64,000 nt of DNA from an uncultured Thermoleophilaceae bacterium (lineage in GTDB: Bacteria > Actinomycetota > Thermoleophilia > Solirubrobacterales > Thermoleophilaceae). This document shows, one piece after another, positions 26,925-35,827 of this stretch; within the stretch, counting starts at the first letter, position 1; each line of letters opens with the position of its first letter. Position numbers and translations under genes: made by a program. The notes beneath the pieces are model-generated. The model was not told where the DNA came from and did no database searches. It worked only from the letters and a program-made list of their open reading frames with translations. The stretch is from the NCBI GenBank assembly GCA_963803085.1, contig CAWDLE010000033.1, forward strand, positions 71,597-135,596. The letters run 5' to 3'.

Positions 26925-28621
26925 CCGGGCGGGATCTTCAGGTACGGCAGCGCGAACTCCATGATGCGCTCGAAGGCGGGCGCTGCCACGGTGCCGCCGT
27001 AGATGTCGCCGCGTGGCGTGTCGACCATCACCGCCACCAGCAGGCGCGGGTTCTTCGCCGGGGCGAAGCCAATGAAGGACGCGATGAAGTCCGTCTTCGA
27101 GTAGCCCCCCTTGATCGCCTTCTCGGCCGTACCGGTCTTTCCGGCGAGCGTGTACCCCTCGACCTGGGCCTCCTCCGCCGTCCCTCCGGCGGCCAGCACA
27201 CCCTCGAGCATGTGCGACACCTGCTCCGCGGTACGGCGCGAGAGCACCCGCTTGGGCGGCGGCGCCTCACCCTGCACGATGTAGGGACGGCGCATCACGC
27301 CGTGGTTGGCGATCGCGGTGTACGCGGTGGCCATCTGCATCGGGGTGACCGCGATGCCCTGGCCGATCGGCATGTTCCCCATCGAGGAGCCCGAGTAGTT
27401 CCCCGGGCGAAGGACGATGCCGCCCTCCTCGCCTGGGAGGTCCACTCCGGTCGGCCGGCCGAACCCGAACCGGCGCACCCACTTGTCGAACTTCTTCGCG
27501 CCGAGCTTCAGCCCGATCATCACCGAGCCCACGTTCGATGACTCCGCGAGGATCTGCGACACCGTCTTGGTGCCTCCGCCGCCATCGTGGGCCTCGCCGA
27601 CGGTCCGGTCAGCCACCGTAATCTCCGGCGGCACGGCCAGCGTCGTTCCGGGCTCCACCAGCCTCTCCTCGAGCGCGCCGGACACGGTGAAGGCCTTGAA
27701 GGTCGAGCCCGGCTCGTAGTTCGCCTGGATCGAGCGGTTCTGGCGCGCGTAGGCGGGCGCGCCGTCCACGTTGTTGGCGTCCACACGCGGCCAGTTCGCG
27801 AGCGCGAGCACCTGGCCCGTCCGTGGGTCCAACACAACCGCCGTGGCACCCACCGGCGTGTAGGTCTGGCCGACGTCCGCGAGCACCGCCTCGGTGCGCT
27901 CCTGGATGCGGGCATCGAGTGTGAGCGCGAGATCGTCGCCAGGCTCGGAGCGCTTCGTCTCGATCATGCTGATCGGCTCGCCGAGCGCGTCCTTCACGAG
28001 CCGGCGCTCGCCATCCTCGCCGCTCAATGACTCGTCCTCCGAGTACTCCAGCCCAGACAGCCCGGTGTTGTCGGTGCCGACGAGGCCAAGCACCTGCGAC
28101 GCCAGGAACCCCTGCGGGTACGTGCGCTTCGGCTCGGTGACCGTGCCGATGCCCTCGATCCCGAGCTTCTCGACCTTGTCGCCGCGCGTGGCGTCCATCT
28201 TGCGCTCCAGGTAGATGAACCCGGTCTTCCTGTCGGATAGCTCGCGGAGCAGCTCGTCCTCGGGACGCTCGAGCAGCGGCGCGAGCTCGGCGGCCACCTT
28301 CACCGGGTCCTTGATCAGAAACGGATTTGCGAAGACGGTCACGGAGTCCTCAGAGACCGCCAGCTCCACGCCGTTGCGGTCCACGATCGTCCCGCGGCGC
28401 GCCGGATCGGCCATGTCCTCGATCTGCTGGCTCACCGCGCGCTCGGACAGTGAGCCGGCTCTCACCGTTCCGATCCAGGTGGCGCGCAGGGCCGCCAGCC
28501 CGAGCAGTAGAAGGAAGACCGCGAACAGCAGGCCGATGCGGCGCTCGACCAGCCGCACGGGCGGACGCCCCGGACCCCGCTGGCGGCGCCGGGTCGGAGG
28601 GCGTCGCTGGGTAGCGGGCAC
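26921..28621 (-). CDS. ftsI: class B penicillin-binding protein / peptidoglycan D,D-transpeptidase FtsI
   Basis: 566 aa with an N-terminal TM segment and the transpeptidase triad SxxK (GSTFKAF), SxN (ESSNVG) and KTG (GKTGTA). Confidence 0.93.
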   Translation of the reverse strand: MPATQRRPPTRRRQRGPGRPPVRLVERRIGLLFAVFLLLLGLAALRATWIGTVRAGSLSERAVSQQIEDMADPARRGTIVDRNGVELAVSEDSVTVFANPFLIKDPVKVAAELAPLLERPEDELLRELSDRKTGFIYLERKMDATRGDKVEKLGIEGIGTVTEPKRTYPQGFLASQVLGLVGTDNTGLSGLEYSEDESLSGEDGERRLVKDALGEPISMIETKRSEPGDDLALTLDARIQERTEAVLADVGQTYTPVGATAVVLDPRTGQVLALANWPRVDANNVDGAPAYARQNRSIQANYEPGSTFKAFTVSGALEERLVEPGTTLAVPPEITVADRTVGEAHDGGGGTKTVSQILAESSNVGSVMIGLKLGAKKFDKWVRRFGFGRPTGVDLPGEEGGIVLRPGNYSGSSMGNMPIGQGIAVTPMQMATAYTAIANHGVMRRPYIVQGEAPPPKRVLSRRTAEQVSHMLEGVLAAGGTAEEAQVEGYTLAGKTGTAEKAIKGGYSKTDFIASFIGFAPAKNPRLLVAVMVDTPRGDIYGGTVAAPAFERIMEFALPYLKIPPG

Positions 28622-28623
28622 GG

Positions 28624-29391
28624 CTAGCCCGCCGGCGCGGTGGTCGTGGGAGGCGCTGTGGTGGCGGCCGGATCTGCGGGGATGGTGGTGGCGGCCGGGT
28701 CGGCCGCAGCCGGATCGGTGACGACAGGGTCGGCTGCGGCGGGGTCGGTGACGGCTGGGTCTGTGCTCGGCACCACCGGCTCCGGTGCCACCGGCTCCGG
28801 AGCGACGTACGTGAGATTCGGCTCGGTGATCCGCTTGACCGCCTGTCCGGCGTCGCGCGTGGGCCGCGCCTTCAGGTAGCGCACCTCACCGGGCGCGGGC
28901 AGCACGAGCCCGAGCAGCGCGGCCGACTCCTGGATGCGCTCGCTCGAAGCGAGCCTGGCCTCCTCGAGGAGGAGGCGTGCGTTCTCGCGCTTGAGCGCCG
29001 AGACCCGGTCCGCATCGCGTGCGATGTCGCGGTTCATCTGGAGCAGGTCGACGTTGAAGAAGACGATCCCAGCAAGCAGCACGAAGACGAGTGCGATCCA
29101 GCCGCGTCCGGACAGGAGGGCGTCGAGGAGGCTGCCGGTGCGCGCGCGGGCCGCCCGGGCGAAGGGGGCGTTGAGGACGCGGACCGGAAGGGCGACGGCG
29201 GGCGCGCCCGCGGAGGCACCGGACAGGCGCCGGTGCGCCGCGGCCCCACGCTGTGAAGTGGTGCGCGTCCGCCCGGCGTGCCGCGCCGGCGCACGGCGAG
29301 CGGGTGCGCGCTTCGGCGCAGCCTGGGCCCGACCGGTGGGAGCGCGGCGTGACGCAGGGCGGGGAGCGGTGGCCGCCGCCGTGCGGGCCAT
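28624..29391 (-). CDS. ftsL: FtsL-like septum formation protein with a basic N-tail and repetitive Pro/Asp/Ala/Thr C-tail
   Basis: Sits between rsmH and ftsI. It has a single TM segment (WIALVFVLLAGIVFFNV) followed by a short coiled coil (DRVSALKRENARLLLEEARL). The start is taken at MARTAAAT (29391), overlapping the rsmH stop by 1 nt. Confidence 0.75.
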   Translation of the reverse strand: MARTAAATAPRPASRRAPTGRAQAAPKRAPARRAPARHAGRTRTTSQRGAAAHRRLSGASAGAPAVALPVRVLNAPFARAARARTGSLLDALLSGRGWIALVFVLLAGIVFFNVDLLQMNRDIARDADRVSALKRENARLLLEEARLASSERIQESAALLGLVLPAPGEVRYLKARPTRDAGQAVKRITEPNLTYVAPEPVAPEPVVPSTDPAVTDPAAADPVVTDPAAADPAATTIPADPAATTAPPTTTAPAG

Positions 29392-30356
29392 CAGGCGGCT
29401 TCCCTGAGCTTGCGCGCGGCACGCAGGCGGCCCGACTTGGCGCGCGGGTTGTCGGCCATCTCTCCGGCCGTCGGCACGACGGCGCGGCCGATCAACTCCG
29501 CCTCCGGCTCGCGCCCGCACACGCACACGGGGAAGTCGGGCGGACAGACGCAGCCGCGGGCGCGCTCCGCGAGGAAGCGCTTTACGCGCCGGTCCTCGAG
29601 TGAGTGGAAGGAGATCGCGGCGAGGCGGCCGTTCTCGCGCAGCAGCTCCCAGGCGAGCGGGAGCGCGCGATCGAGAGAGTCGAGCTCTGAGTTCACGGCG
29701 ATCCGGATGGCCTGGAACACGCGCTTCGCGGGGCTGCCACCGCCGAAGCTGCGGCGCACCGCGGCCGGCAGCGCGCCCTCGATCGCCGAAACCAGCTCGC
29801 CTGTCGTCTGAATCGGCGCGCGCTCGCGGCGCCGCACGATCTCGCGCGCGATCCGCTTCGAGTTCGGGTCCTCGCCTAGGCGCCGGAAAAGCTGGGCCAG
29901 CTGGCGTTCGTCCCAGGTGTTCACGATCTCGCGCGCGTCGAGCTGTTGGCCCGGGTCCATGCGCATGTCGAGCGGCGCGTCGTACGAGTAGGAGAAGCCG
30001 CGCTCGCGCGCGTCGACCTGCATCGACGAGATCCCGAGGTCCAGGTAGATGACGTCCGCGGACAGGCCCTCTTCGCGGAGGAGGTCGAGCCCCTCGGCGT
30101 AATCCATGCGCAGGAAGCGCGTCTCGCAGGCGACCTCGCGCGCAAGCTCCTCGAAGTGCTCCTCGGCCGCGGGGTCGCGATCGATGCAGACGAGCGTCCC
30201 GGACGGGCCGATCCGGTCTGCGATCAGGCGCGCGTGACCGCCCGCGCCGAAGGTGCAGTCGACCACCGTCTCGCCCGCCGCCGGCGCGGTCAACTCGATC
30301 AGCTCGCCGGCCAGCACGGGTACGTGGACGCGGTTCATGTCAAGAAGGATGGCCAA
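29391..30356 (-). CDS. rsmH: 16S rRNA (cytosine1402-N4)-methyltransferase
   Basis: HVPVLAGE..., DCTFGAGGHA and FHSLEDR motifs are present. An alternative start is ATG 30338. Confidence 0.93.
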   Translation of the reverse strand: MAILLDMNRVHVPVLAGELIELTAPAAGETVVDCTFGAGGHARLIADRIGPSGTLVCIDRDPAAEEHFEELAREVACETRFLRMDYAEGLDLLREEGLSADVIYLDLGISSMQVDARERGFSYSYDAPLDMRMDPGQQLDAREIVNTWDERQLAQLFRRLGEDPNSKRIAREIVRRRERAPIQTTGELVSAIEGALPAAVRRSFGGGSPAKRVFQAIRIAVNSELDSLDRALPLAWELLRENGRLAAISFHSLEDRRVKRFLAERARGCVCPPDFPVCVCGREPEAELIGRAVVPTAGEMADNPRAKSGRLRAARKLREAA

Positions 30357-30774
30357 GGCGTTCCGTCACCTCCCCGATCTCGGCGTCGAGGGCCTCCTGC
30401 TGCTCGTGCCAGTGCTCCTTGGACCAGACCTCGAGATGGTCGCCGACACCCACCACCACGACCTCCTTCTCGATCCCGGTGTGGGTGAGCAGCGGCGGCG
30501 GCAGCGTCACGCGGCCGCTCGCGTCCAGTTCGATCTCGAAGGAGTTGCCCTGGTAGAAGCGCGAGAGCTTGCGGTACTCCGAGCCCATCGGGTTCAGGCC
30601 ACCGAGCGCGCGCTCGATGATCGCCTCGTGCGTCTCGGGAGTCCACACCGCCACGCAGGGCTCCGGGTCCTTGGCGAGAACGGTTCCACTGGCGAAGGAC
30701 GTGCGAAAGCGGGCCGGAATACTGAGCCGGTTCTTCGCATCCAACGAGTGCTCGAAGTGGCCGCGAAATGCCAA
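30340..30774 (-). CDS. mraZ: division/cell wall cluster transcriptional regulator MraZ
   Basis: 144 aa with two SpoVT/AbrB-like repeats carrying DxxxR motifs (LDAKNRLSIP, LDASGRVTLP). TTG start. Confidence 0.92.
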   Translation of the reverse strand: MAFRGHFEHSLDAKNRLSIPARFRTSFASGTVLAKDPEPCVAVWTPETHEAIIERALGGLNPMGSEYRKLSRFYQGNSFEIELDASGRVTLPPPLLTHTGIEKEVVVVGVGDHLEVWSKEHWHEQQEALDAEIGEVTERLGHPS

Positions 30775-30798
30775 TTGTCATGAACCAGGGAGTTCAGA

Positions 30799-30835
30799 CC
30801 GGAGTGGCGGAGTGGGAGGAGCCCCGCCACTCCGG
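30799..30835 (-). promoter_or_regulatory. perfect 12-bp stem hairpin in the mraZ leader
   Basis: CCGGAGTGGCGG (30799-30810) and CCGCCACTCCGG (30824-30835) are perfectly complementary with a 13-nt loop. The hairpin ends 25 nt upstream of the mraZ start. Confidence 0.5.
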
Positions 30836-30844
30836 TCGATTGGT

Positions 30845-30895
30845 GAGGCCACCGTACCCCACTATCCCCCACTTCGCAACACGATTCCCCACCTT
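30845..30895 (-). promoter_or_regulatory. candidate MraZ operator (GTGGGG direct repeats at 10-nt phasing) overlapping a candidate Pmra
   Basis: The minus strand reads GGTGGGGaatcgtgttgcgaaGTGGGGGataGTGGGGtacGGTGGcc, giving repeats at offsets 0, 20, 30 and 40. A TTGCGA-N17-TACGGT promoter candidate (30879-30851) has two repeats inside its spacer. Confidence 0.55.
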
Positions 30896-31112
30896 TCCGT
30901 CCGATGCTCGCCGGAGGCCTCGGGCGATCACGCCAGTTTTGGCTCTAGGAAGCGCGATGGGCGGGTGGCGAGCAGTGGGTCGAAGACCCGCTGAGGGCGC
31001 CGTATCCCGGCCGCGAACGCGATTTGGGCGCAATCCTGCGTGCGGATCGGCCGATTGGTGGGCTTCTTGCAGACCGCCGCAACCACTGCCCTCCGGCCCT
31101 GTTGCAGGACGT

Positions 31113-31676
31113 ATGAAGCGAATACGCATTCCCTCACCAGCAATGGCAATCGCCTGCCTGGCGCTGTTCGTCGCACTCAGCGGCGTGGCGTACGCGGCAG
31201 CCACAATCGGATCAGACGACATCATCGACGGCTCGATCAGGAACCGCGACTTCAAGGACGGCACCCTGCGAGGCAACGAGGCCAAGCGCGAGGGCTTCGG
31301 CGGCGGCGCGATCAAGGAGAGCTCGCTGGACGCCAGCAAGCTCAACGCCACCAAGATCGGCAAGGTCAACAGTGCTGGCGTGGCCGACGGCTTGGCTCGA
31401 CACGGCGTGATCTCGAATGTCGGCGCGCTCGTGCGCGGGCGCGGCATCACGTCCGCCAGCAAGACCGGCGATGGCCAATACCAGGCGATCTTCGATGTTG
31501 ACGTGCGCAACTGCACGTACTCCGCGACGCTCGGTGACGAATCGGCCTCGGGTCCGGGAACCGGCCAGATAGCGGTGACCTCTGCAGCGACCAACGCCAA
31601 TGGCGTACGCGTGGTCACGCGCAACAGCACCGGAGACCTCGCGGACCGCTCGTTCCACCTGATCGTGTCGTGTTGA
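31113..31676 (+). CDS. secreted hypothetical protein
   Basis: 187 aa read from ATG 31113. It has a signal-peptide-like N-terminus (MKRIRIPSPAMAIACLALFVALSGVAYA). No recognised domain. The track ORF start (30768) overlaps the mraZ leader. Confidence 0.65.
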   Translation: MKRIRIPSPAMAIACLALFVALSGVAYAAATIGSDDIIDGSIRNRDFKDGTLRGNEAKREGFGGGAIKESSLDASKLNATKIGKVNSAGVADGLARHGVISNVGALVRGRGITSASKTGDGQYQAIFDVDVRNCTYSATLGDESASGPGTGQIAVTSAATNANGVRVVTRNSTGDLADRSFHLIVSC

Positions 31677-31683
31677 CACAGCC

Positions 31684-32532
31684 CTAGAGCGGCAAGGCGT
31701 CGGCGCTGCCATCGAGCAGCGCCGACGCCAGCGCCGCTGCCACCAGCAATAGGACCGACGGCACGAGCAGCAGCGCCACCACGAGCTGGATCTTCGGACC
31801 GGCGCGGGCGGCGTCGTCGCGGATCCGGCGCGCCAGCGCAAAGCGGGCGCTGCGGGCCTGTGCTGCGAGCGTGTCCGCCAGCGGAGCGCCGTGACGCCGT
31901 GCGCGCTCGAGCGCGCCGACGAGTGCGTGGATCTCCGGCAGCGGCAGCCGCTCGTCCATTCCGCGGAGCGCCTCCGCCAGCGGGACCCCAAGCGCGACCT
32001 CCCGCCCCACTGCCGCCCACTCGCGCGCGAGCGGACCGCTGGAGCGCTCGCCCACCAAGCGCAGCGCCTCCGGCAGCGAGCCGCCGGCCTCGACGCTCAC
32101 GCGCAGGATGTCGAGCAGCGCCGGCAGGTCGCGGCGCACACGCCGCGCGCGCTCGGCGGCCACGCGCGAGAGCCAGAGGTCCGGGGCGAGGAAGCCTGCC
32201 GCCGGCGCGCCCAGGATGATGACGAGCCCGAGGCGGCCGGGCGCGAGCGCCGCGAGCGGCAGCGAGGCCGCTCCCAGCAGAACCGCGGCGGCCACCTTCG
32301 CCGCCATCGCCTCACGAACGCCGAGACCCGCGGGACGTCCAGCCGCCTCGATGCGACCGCGGAGATCACGTGGCGCGCCGGCGGGCCGGGCGCGGCGGCC
32401 GGCAGATGCGAGCAGGAGCAGCAACCTGAGGCCGCGCTCCGGTCCGCGCGGCGCCGCACGCCGCTCCGGCACGAGCGTGAGCAGGCCGGCCGCTCCGCAC
32501 GCACCGGCCGCGAATGCGAGCAGCGTGCTCAC
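31684..32532 (-). CDS. tadC: type II secretion system F family protein (TadC-like)
   Basis: T2SSF motif LPALLDILRVSVEAGGSLPEAL with flanking TM segments. The start is taken as GTG 32532 (GTGA overlap with the tadB stop). The rest of the 573-aa track ORF is an Arg-rich shadow. Confidence 0.8.
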   Translation of the reverse strand: MSTLLAFAAGACGAAGLLTLVPERRAAPRGPERGLRLLLLLASAGRRARPAGAPRDLRGRIEAAGRPAGLGVREAMAAKVAAAVLLGAASLPLAALAPGRLGLVIILGAPAAGFLAPDLWLSRVAAERARRVRRDLPALLDILRVSVEAGGSLPEALRLVGERSSGPLAREWAAVGREVALGVPLAEALRGMDERLPLPEIHALVGALERARRHGAPLADTLAAQARSARFALARRIRDDAARAGPKIQLVVALLLVPSVLLLVAAALASALLDGSADALPL

Positions 32533-33395
32533 CAGCGCACTCTTCCGAGCCTGCGCGTGAGCACGGCGGCGGCGAGTTGCAGCATGAGGGCGATACCCAC
32601 GAGCCACGCAGTGAGGAACGAGCTCCACAGCCCGAGAAACCAACCCGGGCTTGCGAGCTCGGCCAGCAGGCCGCCGCCCACCGGCATCAGGACCACGAGC
32701 ATCGCGGTGAAGCGCGCCTGCGCGGTGGCGGAGCGGACCTCGTCCTCGAGACGCGAGTGGTCCTCCATCGCGCGGGCGCTCTCGCGGAGCAGGCCCGCGA
32801 GGTCGCCGCCGGCATGGCGCTGGAGCACGCACGCCGCCACGAGCGTGTCCATGCGTGGTGAGCGCACGCGTAGCCGCATGGCCTCGAGTGCGTCGTCGGT
32901 GGCAGCGCCCGCCTCGAGCTCGGCGGCTGTGCGGCGGAGCTCGTGCCCCGCCGCTCCACCGAGGCCGCCGGCCGCCTCGACGAGGGCCGCGCGCAGAGAG
33001 CGCCCGCCGCCGATCGCATCGGCGATGGCCACCGCGCCCTGCGCCACGCCGGCGTCGACCGCAGCGCGATAGCGCTCGCGGCGCGCGCGCAGCAGTCGGC
33101 CGACGGCCCACGGGCTCGAGGCGCCAAGCGCGAGCCCGGCAAGCGGGCCGACGGTGATCGCCCCGGCAGCGAGCGCGCCCACCGACACGCCCACCAGCAG
33201 GCGCCGGCGCTCGGCCACCCCAGGGTCGCGCCCCTCGCGCCCGGCGCGCACGAGAACCTCCACGAGCCCAGCGCCCGCGCCCGCCCAGCGTGGCACACGC
33301 GCTGCGACCCGGGACAGTGCGAGCCCGCCGAGCTCGAGCGCCGCAGCACCGGCGGCCGCGCCGCCAAAAAACGCGAGCGCCGCGGCGGCGCTCAC
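32529..33395 (-). CDS. tadB: type II secretion system F family protein (TadB-like)
   Basis: 288 aa with a T2SSF-like core (IADAIGGGRSLRAAL) and terminal TM segments. Confidence 0.8.
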   Translation of the reverse strand: MSAAAALAFFGGAAAGAAALELGGLALSRVAARVPRWAGAGAGLVEVLVRAGREGRDPGVAERRRLLVGVSVGALAAGAITVGPLAGLALGASSPWAVGRLLRARRERYRAAVDAGVAQGAVAIADAIGGGRSLRAALVEAAGGLGGAAGHELRRTAAELEAGAATDDALEAMRLRVRSPRMDTLVAACVLQRHAGGDLAGLLRESARAMEDHSRLEDEVRSATAQARFTAMLVVLMPVGGGLLAELASPGWFLGLWSSFLTAWLVGIALMLQLAAAVLTRRLGRVRW

Positions 33396-33441
33396 CAGGG
33401 CCCACCGCGTGCCGCGCTCGGGGATGCCGCGCCCATCGCGA

Positions 33442-34653
33442 TCACGGGAGCGCGCCGCGTGGCGCGCGCACGCTCGCCCCTCCCCCGCGCAGTCGCTCCA
33501 GCCGCGTCGCGAGCTGCCCGGGGCCTGGCCGGCGCAGGCGGGCGCCGCGCGACCACAGCTCGCGTGTGCCCGCCCCGCCCGCCACCCGCACCACCTCGGT
33601 CACGGATTCGACCACCCGCGATCCGTCGGGAAGCCGGGCCTGGTGCACAACCACGTCCAGGGCGCTCGCCACCTGATCCCTCACGGCGGCATGTGGCAGC
33701 CCCACTCCCGCCATCAGGGCAAGCGTTTCAACCCGCCGCAACGCATCGGCCGGTGAGTTCGCGTGGACGGTCGTGAGCGAGCCGTCGTGCCCGGTATTGA
33801 GCGCCTGGAGCATGTCGAGCGCCTCCGCGCCCCTCACCTCACCCACGACGATCCGGTCGGGCCGCATGCGCAGCGCGTTCACCACCAACTGCCTGATCGT
33901 GATCTCGCCGCGACCCTCGAGGTTCGGCGGGCGCGCCTCGAGCCGCACGACGTGTCGCTGCCGCAGCCGTAGCTCGGCCGCGTCCTCGATGGTGACTATG
34001 CGCTCCTCGCCCGGGATCGCTCCCGAAAGGGCGTTCAGCGTGGTCGTCTTCCCGGAGCCGGTCCCACCGCTCACCAGAACGGACGCCCGCGCCGCCACGC
34101 AGAGCGCGAGCAGCTCGGCGAGCTCCGCCGGAAGCGTGCCGCCCGCCACCAGCTCCCGCAGCGAGAAGCCCTGGCGCCGGAAGCGCCGGACGGTGAGGCA
34201 CGGACCCGAGAGCGACAACGGCGGGATCACCACGTTCACGCGTGACCCGTCGGCCAGCCGGGCGTCGCACAGCGGCGACGCCTCGTCCACCCTGCGCCCC
34301 AGCGGCGCGAGGATCCGCTCGACGGCGTGCATCAGCTCCGCCTCCGACCCGAAGCGCACGCCGGTCCGCTCGATGCGCCCGCGCCGCTCCACGTACACGG
34401 CCTCGGGCCCGTTCACCATCACCTCGTCCACCGCAGGATCCGACAGCAGCGGCTCGAGCGGCCCCAGACCGGTGGCCAGCAGCAGCACGCGCCGGCGCAG
34501 CGAGTCCTGCTCCGATTCCGGCAAGGCACCCGCCTCACGTTCCACGAGCTCGCGCACCTCGGCATCGAGCCCCGCGGCGCCCGTCTCGCCCGCGCGCGCC
34601 CTCTCGATCAGCCGCGCGCGCAGCGCGACCGCGAGGTCATCGAGAGCCTCCAT
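33442..34653 (-). CDS. cpaF: CpaF/TadA family pilus assembly ATPase
   Basis: 403 aa with Walker A (VSGGTGSGKTTTLNAL), RPDRIVVGEVRG and HDGSLTTVHAN. Confidence 0.92.
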   Translation of the reverse strand: MEALDDLAVALRARLIERARAGETGAAGLDAEVRELVEREAGALPESEQDSLRRRVLLLATGLGPLEPLLSDPAVDEVMVNGPEAVYVERRGRIERTGVRFGSEAELMHAVERILAPLGRRVDEASPLCDARLADGSRVNVVIPPLSLSGPCLTVRRFRRQGFSLRELVAGGTLPAELAELLALCVAARASVLVSGGTGSGKTTTLNALSGAIPGEERIVTIEDAAELRLRQRHVVRLEARPPNLEGRGEITIRQLVVNALRMRPDRIVVGEVRGAEALDMLQALNTGHDGSLTTVHANSPADALRRVETLALMAGVGLPHAAVRDQVASALDVVVHQARLPDGSRVVESVTEVVRVAGGAGTRELWSRGARLRRPGPGQLATRLERLRGGGASVRAPRGALP

Positions 34654-34688
34654 GGCAGGAGAAGGCTCAAACGCGAAAGACTCTCCCC

Positions 34689-35039
34689 ATGGACCTCACG
34701 CTCGTGCACCTCGACAACCCCACCGAGACCCGCACCTTCGACCGAGGTCGCTTCGAGCTCTACTCGGTCGGGCCCATGACGATCGGCCGCGCTACCTACG
34801 AGCCGGGCTGGCGATGGTCGGAACACGTCGGTGCCCCGGCCGGCGCGAGCTCGTGCATGGTCGAACACGTGGGGCTCGTGGTTAGCGGCCGCGCCGCGGT
34901 GAAGATGGACGACGGCGAGGAGCGCGTGATGGAGCCCGGGGACTTTTTCTACGTGCCGCCCGGACACGACAGCTGGGTCGTCGGCAACGAGCCGTACATA
35001 TCTCTCCACGTCATGGGCAGCGAGAATTACGCCACATGA
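34689..35039 (+). CDS. cupin domain protein
   Basis: 116 aa read from ATG 34689 (MDLTLVHLDN...). Cupin motif region (GDFFYVPPGHDSW). Confidence 0.75.
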   Translation: MDLTLVHLDNPTETRTFDRGRFELYSVGPMTIGRATYEPGWRWSEHVGAPAGASSCMVEHVGLVVSGRAAVKMDDGEERVMEPGDFFYVPPGHDSWVVGNEPYISLHVMGSENYAT

Positions 35040-35827
35040 CTCGACGCGAGATCCGCTCCTGGCTGATGGACATGGACGGCGTGCTGGTGCGCGAGCAGAA
35101 CGCGGTGCCGGGCGCACAGGAGTTCCTGGCCCGGCTGCGCGAGCTCGAGCTCCCGTTTCTCGTCCTCACGAACAACTCGATCTACACCCAGCGCGATCTC
35201 GCGGCCAGGCTGCGCCGGACGGGGCTAGACGTGCCCGAGGAGTCGATCTGGACCTCCGCGCTCGCCACGGCGCAGTTCCTGGACGACCAGCGCCCACGTG
35301 GCTCTGCGTTCGTGATCGGCGAGTCAGGCCTGACCACGGCGCTCCACGCCGTCGGCTACACGCTCAGCGAGCGCGACCCCGACTACGTCGTGCTCGGCGA
35401 GACCCGCACATACAGCTTCGAGCGCATCACGTTGGCGATCAGGCTGATCGCTGCGGGCTCGCGCTTCATCGCCACGAACCCGGACAACGTCGGTCCGACA
35501 CCCGACGGCCCGCTGCCGGCAACCGGCTCTGTGGCGGCACTCGTGAGCCGCGCGACGGGTGTCGATCCGTACTACGTGGGTAAGCCGAACCCATTGATGA
35601 TGCGCTCTGCCCTGAACGCGATCGAGGCGCACTCCGAAAGCACGGCGATGATCGGCGACCGCATGGACACCGACGTCGTGGCCGGCCTCGAGGCCGGGCT
35701 CCACACGATCCTCGTCCTGACGGGCGTCACCCAGGTGGGAGAGACCGAGCGCTACTCGTACCGGCCGTCGCGGATCGTCGACTCCGTCGCCGACCTGCTC
35801 CCCGAGCTGGACGGCCAAGGTGGCTGA
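35036..35827 (+). CDS. HAD-IIA family hydrolase (NagD-like)
   Basis: 263 aa with DMDGVL motif I, LTNNS and a GDRxxTD motif. Confidence 0.88.
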   Translation: MTRREIRSWLMDMDGVLVREQNAVPGAQEFLARLRELELPFLVLTNNSIYTQRDLAARLRRTGLDVPEESIWTSALATAQFLDDQRPRGSAFVIGESGLTTALHAVGYTLSERDPDYVVLGETRTYSFERITLAIRLIAAGSRFIATNPDNVGPTPDGPLPATGSVAALVSRATGVDPYYVGKPNPLMMRSALNAIEAHSESTAMIGDRMDTDVVAGLEAGLHTILVLTGVTQVGETERYSYRPSRIVDSVADLLPELDGQGG

